The notes below the pieces were generated by a model. The model ran no database searches. It had not been told where the DNA came from and saw only the letters and a list, made by a program, of their open reading frames with translations. Shown piece by piece: positions 55,680 to 64,000 of a stretch of 64,000 nucleotides of DNA. A program made the translations under genes and the position numbers. The DNA lies in contig JBDHJS010000002.1 in NCBI GenBank assembly GCA_039586795.1, positions 64,001-128,000 of the forward strand. The letters run 5' to 3'. The stretch is from Gemmatimonadota bacterium. GTDB lineage: Bacteria > Gemmatimonadota > Gemmatimonadetes > Palauibacterales > KS3-K002. Position 1 is the first letter of the stretch. The number at the start of each line of letters is the position of its first letter.

Positions 55680-57188
55680 TCAGGCGAATAGTTCGGCGGC
55701 GTCCTGACGGATGCGCTGGGCGACCCGATCGGCCAACGCCATGATCGTCAGGTAAGGATTGATCTCCAGCGAGTCCGGGAAGAGGCTCGCGTCGGCCACG
55801 AACAGCCAGGGCACGCCGTGCACGCGACCGTAAGAGTCGGTGACGGAGTCGGACGACGTGAGACCCATCCCGCAGCCACCCTGCAGGTGTGCGGCCGAGA
55901 CGGTGACACCGCCGGGCCGAAACCGGCCTTCGTCGATCAAAGCGTCCAGCCGGTCCACTTCTTCGGCGTCGACGACAGGGTTGTCGGCGGCAGGTACGTG
56001 AACTCTGAGGGCGCCGGCGGCGAAGAAGATGCGCGCCGAAGTCGCCGTGCCGCGGGCAAGCGCCCGGCGCACCTCTGGCGTGAAGCGATAGTCGACCACG
56101 GGCGTACCCGAGCGGTCGACAGTGACCCGGTTGTTCCGGTCGACGTGATCGCAAGCCAGGACCAGTATCATCTGAAGGCGTGGAAAGGCCCGCATGAACT
56201 CCGAATGTCGAGAACCGAAGCCGGAAAGGCTCTTCGCGGTCGTGAACGGGAAGTACATGCACGTCTCGAGGACGAAGGCGTCGCTCTCGACGAAGTCGTC
56301 CAGGTAGTAACTCTTGGGGTGGCCGACGAAGTTGGTGATCGCCTCGCGATGCTCGGCCACCAGGATCAGCGCTGGGTGACAGGTGAAACCGTGACCGAGA
56401 CGAGGCAGTGATGCGGGCAATTTGGAGCGCAGCAAGAGCGCGGGTGAATTCACGGCGCCGCCGCAAACCACGACGATCCTGGCGTTGATGCGATACTCGC
56501 CGGGCGCCCAGGTCGGAGGTTCTCCCTTTGCGTCGGCGGACTTGGGATGCACGCGGGCGTAGATCACCCGCTCTTCCAGCCGCAGTACCTCACAGCGGGT
56601 GACCACCTCGACCCCATCCCGTTCGGCCTTTGGAAGCTGGACTCTGTGGGTACCCTGCTTGGCGAGGTTGGGACAACCCAGGTTGCAGAGGCTGGAACCA
56701 CGGCAGCCTTTGACGTTGACCGGGAATTGCTGGGCGTTGTAGCCCAGACGGCGGCACCCTTTGACGAAGAGCTGGTTGTTATCGTTTATCTCGTCGTCGT
56801 TCAACAGGTGAATGTTGTTCTGCTCCACGAATTTTTTCGAGCGCCGCTCGACTTCTTCGTGGTCGAGGTCGGCAAGGTTCCAGCTGTCGATCACGCGCTT
56901 GGGTGCGATGAGTGATGTGCCGGTGTAAACGACGGTCGAACCGCCGTACGCGCTCCCCATGGCCAGGGTCATCGAGCCGTCGCGGGTCAGAAAGCCACCG
57001 CTGTCTTCGTAGAGCGCCTGGGCCATCTCGACCTCGCGACCCGAATACTCATCGTCGGATAGCTTGGGGCCTTTCTCCAGAACGGCGATGCGAATGCCGT
57101 GTCGGCATAGCGCGGCGATTTCCTGCGCTACGGTTCCGCCGCCGGCTCCCGAGCCGATGATCACGATATCGTAGTTGCGCTCCATCAT
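55680..57188 (-). CDS. GMC family FAD oxidoreductase
   Basis: IGSGAGGG, GGSTVV, CRGSSLCNLGC, AHLQGGC.MG, ADASLFP....NPYLTIMALA. Confidence 0.9.
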   Translation of the reverse strand: MMERNYDIVIIGSGAGGGTVAQEIAALCRHGIRIAVLEKGPKLSDDEYSGREVEMAQALYEDSGGFLTRDGSMTLAMGSAYGGSTVVYTGTSLIAPKRVIDSWNLADLDHEEVERRSKKFVEQNNIHLLNDDEINDNNQLFVKGCRRLGYNAQQFPVNVKGCRGSSLCNLGCPNLAKQGTHRVQLPKAERDGVEVVTRCEVLRLEERVIYARVHPKSADAKGEPPTWAPGEYRINARIVVVCGGAVNSPALLLRSKLPASLPRLGHGFTCHPALILVAEHREAITNFVGHPKSYYLDDFVESDAFVLETCMYFPFTTAKSLSGFGSRHSEFMRAFPRLQMILVLACDHVDRNNRVTVDRSGTPVVDYRFTPEVRRALARGTATSARIFFAAGALRVHVPAADNPVVDAEEVDRLDALIDEGRFRPGGVTVSAAHLQGGCGMGLTSSDSVTDSYGRVHGVPWLFVADASLFPDSLEINPYLTIMALADRVAQRIRQDAAELFA

Positions 57189-57604
57189 CGGACAGAAGCC
57201 CAGCCACCAGGGTCAGGGGTGTAATCGATCGCCTTTGTGGCATCCGCTCGTCCGTAGTAACCGAGGAAGACGAGGGTGCGAAGACCCCAAAAGCCGACGC
57301 GGATGACATCGATTCGATGCTCCTGCAGCGCGGTGAGGAAGGCAGTCCGGCTTCCCTGATCCAGGTCGGTGAAACGTTTGCGGTGGCGCAGCATTGGGAG
57401 CCACTCCACGATGTTGACGAAGAGCTTCACCTTTCGCTGAATCGCGGGTGGTCGTTGGCGCAGGGAGTCGCGCACCAGGCTCTCCAGGTCTGCCCAGCCG
57501 CGCTCGTCGAGGTGCACGCATTCCGGGACGACGGTGGACGCGATCGCTCGAAATGCCGCTGGCAGATCAGGCCGCTCGGGTATGAGGGTGTCGGTACTGC
57601 TCAT
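57185..57604 (-). CDS. Small partner subunit, gluconate 2-dehydrogenase subunit 3-like
   Basis: FTDLD...R..FL, LRTLVFLGYYG, IDY.P; overlaps the GMC start. Confidence 0.65.
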   Translation of the reverse strand: MSSTDTLIPERPDLPAAFRAIASTVVPECVHLDERGWADLESLVRDSLRQRPPAIQRKVKLFVNIVEWLPMLRHRKRFTDLDQGSRTAFLTALQEHRIDVIRVGFWGLRTLVFLGYYGRADATKAIDYTPDPGGWASVR

Positions 57605-57714
57605 CCTCGGGGCACGTTCCGTTCGTGGTTTTCGTCGGGTAGCTGGACGTGAGGAAAAATAGAGTGGCGAGGCGTCGGTATCAAAGACCTGTTCGTCTTA
57701 CAAGCGCCAGCTGC

Positions 57715-57735
57715 ATGTAATAATCGTTATTCCAT
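57715..57735. promoter_or_regulatory. AT-rich imperfect palindrome, candidate regulator site (Fur-like)
   Basis: ATGTAATAA-TCG-TTATTCCAT between divergent genes. Confidence 0.4.
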
Positions 57736-57792
57736 ATGGACCCGTGGCATGTGCCGGGCGTATGATTAGGACAAGCACCAAGGGAGGTCCTC

Positions 57793-58470
57793 ATGTCGAA
57801 GCTGATGCCATGGATCGGAGGAACCAGGCGTTTGGTCGGGCACGTCGGGCAGTCGGGCTTGCTGTTTGGCCCAATTCGCCGGGCGATAGTCGAGCCGGCG
57901 GCGGCTGCTCACGACGAAGCGGTGCGGCTGCTGCTGTGTTACCACGGGAAACGCGCCTGGGAGGCGGGTTTGATCGCGGGCTGGTGTGGCAATCTATCGG
58001 CGCGGCTTCGCAACAGAGAGTACATCTACATTACGCCGCGATCAGCCAACAAGTCACGGCTTCACGCGTCCGACATCCAGCTAGTGTACTTGGGTGCGGC
58101 GCCGGACAGCCTGGTCAACGTCAGCGTCGAGTTTCCACTGCATCGAGAGTCTTACCTGGCCAACGAGGAAGTGGGCGCGGTAATCCATACTCATGCACCG
58201 GCGCTCACCGCCGCAGGTATTCGTGGCATAGACGTGGAAGAAGTGCTACCGGTCGCCGCCGCGTCGCTTGGGGGCGTCGTGAGGATCCCGTATCACAACT
58301 CGGGGTCCGAGGAATTGGCGCGGGCGGTCGCCGACGCCGTCGCGAGTGGCGCCAAGACGCTATTGCTCGCCCATCACGGCGCCGTTACGGTCGGCCACTC
58401 TCTGACCGAAGCGTACGATCGGATGGAGTTCGCGGAGCTGACGGCGCAGACGGCGCTTCTTGCAACGTGA
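57793..58470 (+). CDS. Class II aldolase/adducin family protein
   Basis: GNLSAR, ITP, SVEFPLH..Y, VIHTH, LAHHGAVTVG. Confidence 0.88.
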   Translation: MSKLMPWIGGTRRLVGHVGQSGLLFGPIRRAIVEPAAAAHDEAVRLLLCYHGKRAWEAGLIAGWCGNLSARLRNREYIYITPRSANKSRLHASDIQLVYLGAAPDSLVNVSVEFPLHRESYLANEEVGAVIHTHAPALTAAGIRGIDVEEVLPVAAASLGGVVRIPYHNSGSEELARAVADAVASGAKTLLLAHHGAVTVGHSLTEAYDRMEFAELTAQTALLAT

Positions 58471-58471
58471 A

Positions 58472-58573
58472 GTAGGGTGGACAGTGGGCGGTAGACAGTA
58501 GACGGTGGGCGGTCGCTTCCGATGAACCGTCCACTGTCTACCGTTGTCTACCGTCTACCGCCTACTGTCTACC
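58472..58573. repeat. Palindromic 7-nt-period repeat (family C), second copy
   Basis: GGTGGACAGTGGGCGGTAGACAGTAGACGGTGG...CCACTGTCTACCG..GTCTACCGTCTACCGCCTACTGTCTACC. Confidence 0.78.
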
Positions 58574-59522
58574 TATAACGCTCGCCGGACAGGCAATTCC
58601 ACCAACGCAGCAGTATCGGCCCTACCCAGTAATAGATCAGGAACGCCCAGACCACACCTCCGACGGAGTCGATGGCGTAGTGGTTCTGCGTGTACACGGT
58701 GGAGAGTACGACGCCAAACGCCGCCAGTGTCAGCAACCATGCGGAAGTGCGCGATAGCCACCGGAAGCCGAGGATCGCCATCGTGGTTGAGGCGGCGACG
58801 TGAGAGCTTGGCATCGAGCATCCGAGGGCGTCACCGCCGCTCTGCAGGAACTGCTCGACCTTGTAAAAGAATCCCTGCTGATGGGGACCCTGAAAATGTT
58901 CGGTGAGCCAGTGCGGCCCGTCGACGGGAAACGCGATGTAGCAGATGAAACAAGACACATAAATCAGAATGACGCGGAAGACCATGTCGCTCTTCATCGC
59001 AGCACCGCCGCGGGTAAGCGCGTAGAGCAAGGGTACGATCACGGTCAGGTAGTAGCTGAAATAGGCGAAGTACATCAGCTCGCTGAACCAGAGAGCGTGA
59101 AGGTTGGGAAGGAACACCTGATCGAGGTGAGTCCCGAAGAGCATCAGATCGAGATCGCCGAACACTCGATCGAAGTTGGCGTCGTGCAGGGTACGACGGA
59201 TCCAATCTAGCTCGGTCCACCATACGAGGATGTAGATCAGTGGGTAGATGTCACGTACAACGCCCACCGGCTTCGACAGCGGGTGGCTGGCCCTGCGCAA
59301 TAGCATCGGCAGCGTGGCAGCGGCGGCGTGGGCCAGGAAAAGCCAGAATGCGTAAGGGTTCTGGGGTATGAGGTGCGCCCAGATGATGGCGACGAGCCCG
59401 TTGTATGCCGCGGCCACCTTGTCGACTAACCGGACATGGTCGATTTCCGGGTAAGGCGGCTCGACGCCCGGGACCTTCGATACACGCGGGGCCTCGACGG
59501 CCCCGGCTGTAGAGTCGTTCAT
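58569..59522 (-). CDS. PAP2-superfamily membrane protein (Aur1/IPC-synthase-like)
   Basis: FPVDGP, MPSSH, STVYTQNHYAID; multiple TM segments. Confidence 0.85.
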   Translation of the reverse strand: MNDSTAGAVEAPRVSKVPGVEPPYPEIDHVRLVDKVAAAYNGLVAIIWAHLIPQNPYAFWLFLAHAAAATLPMLLRRASHPLSKPVGVVRDIYPLIYILVWWTELDWIRRTLHDANFDRVFGDLDLMLFGTHLDQVFLPNLHALWFSELMYFAYFSYYLTVIVPLLYALTRGGAAMKSDMVFRVILIYVSCFICYIAFPVDGPHWLTEHFQGPHQQGFFYKVEQFLQSGGDALGCSMPSSHVAASTTMAILGFRWLSRTSAWLLTLAAFGVVLSTVYTQNHYAIDSVGGVVWAFLIYYWVGPILLRWWNCLSGERYR

Positions 59523-59543
59523 GAGCGTGCTGTTCCGATCTAA

Positions 59544-60806
59544 TCAGTGCTTTGGTTGGACATCCTTCGGCACGGTCTGCACGAACCCCCCGTACTGTAT
59601 CGGTTCCTCAAGACGGCACGACCACGCGAGGCGACCGTTCCACACCGTCATGTCGGGGCAGCCGTCGCACATGTTCTGCCGGCCGTCGGGCAGGACATCG
59701 ATGGGCTGGATGATCATCACGGATTGGTAGCGAAGGCGACGGGCAGCCCGCAGGGGGTTCTTTAGAATCGATCGCAGGTAGGTGCCTGCGGTCTTACGAA
59801 GGCCCTTGTCGAACGGCGCGAGAGCCAGGTACGAGCGGCCGCGCCTGAGAACTTTCGGCCGGACATAGGCCAGGTAGCGGCCGTAACGAAGATGGTGGAG
59901 CGTCTGGGTAAGCTCCATGAACTTCGGACCGACATACCCGAATACCTTGTCCTTCATTCCCAGGCGTCCGCTCAATAGCCACTTGAACGAGTCGGGCTGT
60001 TCGGTGCCGTTCAGATAGGCACAGGGCTGGAAGTCGGGGAGTCGCTCCTGAATCTTGGCCAGTATGTCGGTTGATTTAATGTTGATGCGGGGCGCGTCCG
60101 GATAGGCGTAGGGCACATCGGCCATCTGGATCTTTCCGCCGTCGACGAAGTAGTCGAATGATCCGCCGAGCATCGCGGCTCTAAACGCTATGAACACCAT
60201 GACGTGCACGATGTCGATGTGCTTCTGCGACCATTCGACCAGATCGGGCACGGTATCCAGCGTATCGTCGTAGACCGTCGAATTGAAGGCGCAGGACATG
60301 TCGCCGACTTCGGCGATCATCTCGGCAAATTGTAGCCTCAACTCGTTCAGCTCGATCTCGCTCTTTCCCTTCCAGTGCGGACGCCTCTGCTTGCTGTCGA
60401 CATGGAGCGTCAGGCCCTTGAGGCCGGCACGCTTCAACTCGACGAGGAGGGCTCGGTCGAGAGCCAGGCCGTTCGTGTTGAGGATCGGCTTGATCCCGCG
60501 CTTCGCGATCATGGCGACGATATCCGGCACCTGCGGGTGGGTAAGCGGGTCGCCGCCGGCCACGGAAATCCCGTCACAGGTCCGGAGCGATGTAAAGACG
60601 TTCAGATCCTTGTCTATCTCGTCGAGCGGCTTGTGCCCTTTTGGGTCGTTCGTGCGGTAGCAGCCTTCGCAGTACAGATTGCAGGCTGCGGTCGGCTCGA
60701 GCCACGAGATAGCGTTATCCGGCAGATTCCAGGGTAGTCTGTAAAGCGTTCGGTGATCGAGCTTGCCGTTCATCTCCAGGTTCCTTTGGGCCGATTGGGC
60801 ATTCAT
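59544..60806 (-). CDS. Radical SAM protein of unknown function
   Basis: CNLYCEGC, AGGDP, NTNG; C-terminal CDGCPD...SC auxiliary Cys motif. Confidence 0.88.
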   Translation of the reverse strand: MNAQSAQRNLEMNGKLDHRTLYRLPWNLPDNAISWLEPTAACNLYCEGCYRTNDPKGHKPLDEIDKDLNVFTSLRTCDGISVAGGDPLTHPQVPDIVAMIAKRGIKPILNTNGLALDRALLVELKRAGLKGLTLHVDSKQRRPHWKGKSEIELNELRLQFAEMIAEVGDMSCAFNSTVYDDTLDTVPDLVEWSQKHIDIVHVMVFIAFRAAMLGGSFDYFVDGGKIQMADVPYAYPDAPRINIKSTDILAKIQERLPDFQPCAYLNGTEQPDSFKWLLSGRLGMKDKVFGYVGPKFMELTQTLHHLRYGRYLAYVRPKVLRRGRSYLALAPFDKGLRKTAGTYLRSILKNPLRAARRLRYQSVMIIQPIDVLPDGRQNMCDGCPDMTVWNGRLAWSCRLEEPIQYGGFVQTVPKDVQPKH

Positions 60807-61031
60807 GGATGACGCCCATCCGGTTCTATCCTGAACCGATTATCACTATCGATAACAGCGCTGATTGTGAGATCGACGGGTGGGGCCGGCCCGGCAAATC
60901 GAGTTAGCGGAACGCAGTGCGAACCGGGCATTTGCATGGTCGGCCCAACCTAGTGTGACGGCTCGGTCCGGGCAAGCGATATAGGGATTTTGCGGGACTA
61001 AACGCGATTCGAAACCGGGTTATGCACTCTG

Positions 61032-61060
61032 CCAACCTTTGAAGCGGTTAGGGCGTCTAA
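61032..61060 (+). promoter_or_regulatory. Possible ECF-type promoter
   Basis: CCAAC-N17-CGTCTAA about 65 nt upstream of the 61126 start. Confidence 0.35.
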
Positions 61061-61125
61061 CACGTAGTGAAGGAGCCAGAAGGACGCCCAAATGCTAGAT
61101 AAACCGGGAGTAGTCAGGATATATC

Positions 61126-63804
61126 ATGGCAGCCAAGCTTGGCAGAATGGCGCTTTTCACGGCGCTGTTCCTGTCCGCGGTGGGCATCGCCCCTGCCCTG
61201 GCGGACCCTGAAGGGAAAGACTCGAAGAAGAAAGCCGAACCACCGCCCTATCGGGCTCTCGCGTCGCGAGCGACGCCGGGGACCCCCGAGATCGATGGGC
61301 TTCTGGACGACGCGGCCTGGGCTTTGGCGGAACCGATCAGCGGTTTCGTCCAGCGCGACCCGGACGAGGGTGAGCCGGCAACGGAGCGCACCGAAGTCCG
61401 CGTGCTGTACGATGACGGCGCACTCTACGTCGGCATTCGGGCCTACGACAGCGAGCCCGACAAGATCATCGGGCAGCTGACCCGCCGCGACGCGTACTCT
61501 CCGTCGGATTGGCTCGTCGTCAGCATCGACTCCTATCTGGACCGTCGCACGGCGTTCGAGTTTCGCGTGAACCCGGCGGGTGTCGAGCGGGATTCGTATC
61601 TGTACGACGACACCAACCGGGACGATTCGTGGAACGCCGTTTGGGACGTGGCGACGTCGAAGGACGCGGAGGGTTGGATAGCGGAGTTTCGGATTCCGCT
61701 GACGCAGCTCAGGTTCTCCGACGCGCCGCAGCAGGTCTGGGGCTTCAACGTCCAGCGTGTCATCCAGCGGAAGAACGAGATCGACTTCTGGAAGCCGATC
61801 GCGAAGGACGCGCCCGGCTGGGTGAGCGAGTATGGTGATCTGGCAGGCTTGGACGGAATTCAGCCGAAGCGACGCCTAGAAGTCCTGCCCTACGTGTTGG
61901 CTCAGCAGGCCTTCACGCCCGCCGTTCAGGGCAATCCGTTCCAGGATGGCACCGAATGGTTCGGGAACGCCGGTGCCGATGTCCGCTATGGGCTGAACAA
62001 CAGCCTGACGTTGAACGTGACGCTGAACCCGGACTTTGGCCAGGTGGAAGCGGATCCGTCGGTGGTGAACCTATCGGCGTTCGAGACCTTCTTTGCCGAA
62101 CGGCGTCCATTCTTCCTGGAAGGCCAGAACATCTTTGATTTTCGGCTGAGCAACTTTAGCGGTGCCGAGCAGCTCTTCTACTCGCGGCGTATCGGTCGCG
62201 CTCCTCAGGGGTTCGCGGATCCGCGTGGCGGGTTCGTGAAGATGCCGCTCAACACGACGATCATTGGTGCGGCGAAGCTGACCGGGAAATCGGCCGACGG
62301 TTGGTCGATCGGCGTTCTCGACGCGGTGACGGCGGAGGAGAAGGCGACGGTCATCGCGGACGATGGTTCCAGATACCGCGATCCGGTGGAGCCGCTGTCG
62401 AACTATTTCGTAGGCCGCGTTTCGAAGGATTTCCGCGAAGGACAGTCGGCCGTTGGCTCGATCTTCACGGCGACGAATCGGAGCCTGCCGAACGAACTAA
62501 GGCACTTGCGTACGGCTGCTTATTCAGGCGGCGTCGATGCACGCACGCGGTTTTGGAATGGCAACTGGGAGGTCAGCGGACAGTTGCTCGGCTCGCGGAT
62601 CCAAGGCTCGCGGGCGGCGATCGAGATCGCTCAGCTGAGCCCGGCCCGCTACTTCCGGAGACCGGACGCGGACCACCTGACGTTCGATCCCAACCGCACG
62701 AATATGATGGGAACCAGCGGTGCGTTCTCGTTCGCGAAGATCGGCGGCGGCCATTGGCGGGGCGAAGTGACGGGTGAGTGGGTGTCGCCGGGCTTCGAGA
62801 CGAACGACCTGGGCTTCCAGCGGCGGGCCGATGTGATGCGAGGCTCGGCATGGATCCAGTACCGCGAATTCACGCCGGGCAAGATCTTCCGACGTTACTC
62901 GCTCAACACAAACTTCTGGAACATGCAGACGTTCGGCGGCGAGCGGACGGCGACGGGGACGAACGTCAACGGAAACTTCACGCTGCTCAACTACTGGGGC
63001 GGCTGGGGTGGATTCAACTACGAGTTCCCGGCGTTGAACATCCTGGTTCTGCGTGGCGGCCCGGCGATGAAAGCGCCATCGGGCTACAATGCATGGGGTG
63101 GCTTCTTCACTGACAATCGTAAGAGCCTGGTTGCAGAATTCGGCGGTTGGTTCTGGACAGATCCGGAGCGTTCCCAGGCGGCCGGCGTGTCCGTGAACTT
63201 CAGCTACCGTCCGACTTCAAACATTCGCCTCGCGCTGGGTCCGTCGTATAACAGGATGCACGATGACTGGCAGTGGGTGACGAATCAGGATCTCGATGGC
63301 ACGATGCGCTACTTCACGGGCGTGCTCGACCAGAACACTTTCTCGGTGACGACGCGTCTCGATGTGACGTTCACGCCGAATCTAAGCCTGCAGCTGTACG
63401 CGCAGCCCTTTGTGTCTTCTGGAGAGTACACGGCGTTCAGCGAGGTCGTGCAGCCTAAAGCGGACGTGTACGATGACCGCTTCGATCCGTTGGAGGAAGA
63501 TCGACTGAGTTACGAGCCGGGCAGCGGCGGCGACCCGGGGACGTACCATGTGGACCTCGATCGGAACGGCGAGACCGACTTCTCGTTCTCCGATCCCAAC
63601 TTCAACTTCAAGCAGTTGCGGTCCACTGTGGTGTTGCGCTGGGAGTACATGCCGGGCTCGACGTTCTTCTTTGTCTGGTCGCAGGCGCGGACAGCGTTCG
63701 ACTTCGACGGCAGCTTCAATCCGAGTCAGGACTTTCGCAGGCTGTTCGGAGCGGAAGGCGACAACATCTTCAGCATCAAGGTGAACTACTACATAACTCC
63801 CTGA
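61126..63804 (+). CDS. CBM9-like plus DUF5916-type outer-membrane beta-barrel protein
   Basis: Signal peptide; PEIDGLLDDAAW, GWIAEFRIPL, LNPDFGQVEAD, FAERRPFFLEG, LFYSRRIG. Confidence 0.82.
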   Translation: MAAKLGRMALFTALFLSAVGIAPALADPEGKDSKKKAEPPPYRALASRATPGTPEIDGLLDDAAWALAEPISGFVQRDPDEGEPATERTEVRVLYDDGALYVGIRAYDSEPDKIIGQLTRRDAYSPSDWLVVSIDSYLDRRTAFEFRVNPAGVERDSYLYDDTNRDDSWNAVWDVATSKDAEGWIAEFRIPLTQLRFSDAPQQVWGFNVQRVIQRKNEIDFWKPIAKDAPGWVSEYGDLAGLDGIQPKRRLEVLPYVLAQQAFTPAVQGNPFQDGTEWFGNAGADVRYGLNNSLTLNVTLNPDFGQVEADPSVVNLSAFETFFAERRPFFLEGQNIFDFRLSNFSGAEQLFYSRRIGRAPQGFADPRGGFVKMPLNTTIIGAAKLTGKSADGWSIGVLDAVTAEEKATVIADDGSRYRDPVEPLSNYFVGRVSKDFREGQSAVGSIFTATNRSLPNELRHLRTAAYSGGVDARTRFWNGNWEVSGQLLGSRIQGSRAAIEIAQLSPARYFRRPDADHLTFDPNRTNMMGTSGAFSFAKIGGGHWRGEVTGEWVSPGFETNDLGFQRRADVMRGSAWIQYREFTPGKIFRRYSLNTNFWNMQTFGGERTATGTNVNGNFTLLNYWGGWGGFNYEFPALNILVLRGGPAMKAPSGYNAWGGFFTDNRKSLVAEFGGWFWTDPERSQAAGVSVNFSYRPTSNIRLALGPSYNRMHDDWQWVTNQDLDGTMRYFTGVLDQNTFSVTTRLDVTFTPNLSLQLYAQPFVSSGEYTAFSEVVQPKADVYDDRFDPLEEDRLSYEPGSGGDPGTYHVDLDRNGETDFSFSDPNFNFKQLRSTVVLRWEYMPGSTFFFVWSQARTAFDFDGSFNPSQDFRRLFGAEGDNIFSIKVNYYITP

Positions 63805-64000
63805 GTGTTGGTGCCCGCTCCTCCGGGTACAGGGAAGAATGAGCGCCGTGGCACTCGAGTCGCGGCGCTCATTGCATCGGCCTTCTACCTCTCCTTAAGA
63901 TCGAGCATCAAATCGGGAGCGTGCGATGACAGTCGGGCGTCATACTCCCGAGTTCCATCTCGGCGACTACGGAGGGGATATGCGGTTTGAAGGAAAAGTT

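Noticed and set aside
63805..63990. 61-aa ORF at the right edge
   Set aside because: No RBS or recognisable motifs; cannot be supported.

Overview
GC-rich bacterial chromosomal window spanning the replication origin. The gene repertoire suggests Gemmatimonadota, but this is an inference. The left end carries the mnmE-yidC-yidD-rnpA-rpmH / dnaA-oriC-dnaN block, with an Nramp transporter inserted between rpmH and dnaA and no recF/gyrB after dnaN. The remainder is a housekeeping and accessory mosaic: an ECF sigma/anti-sigma with a MacAB-like exporter, Ku-LigD, cupredoxins, an ECF plus Ser/Thr kinase pair, priA, a NurA-like nuclease, an orphan gvpL/F, a TonB receptor, GMC and ThDP enzymes, and two radical SAM proteins. 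The top candidate for an undescribed system is a compact RiPP-like operon (14317-16865). It encodes a PqqD/RRE chaperone, a eukaryote-type protein-arginine-methyltransferase-like enzyme with altered active-site motifs, a small twin-arginine/YxxP precursor with a His-rich, Ser/Thr/Pro-rich core, and an HPr-kinase-related kinase. Also notable are an rnpA frame that appears to have to start upstream of and run through rpmH (Thermus-like), a readable oriC unwinding module, a shared ECF promoter motif, and three families of short-period palindromic intergenic repeats. No CRISPR array, rRNA, tRNA or intact transposase was recognised. All calls come from motif recognition by eye; no database searches were run.
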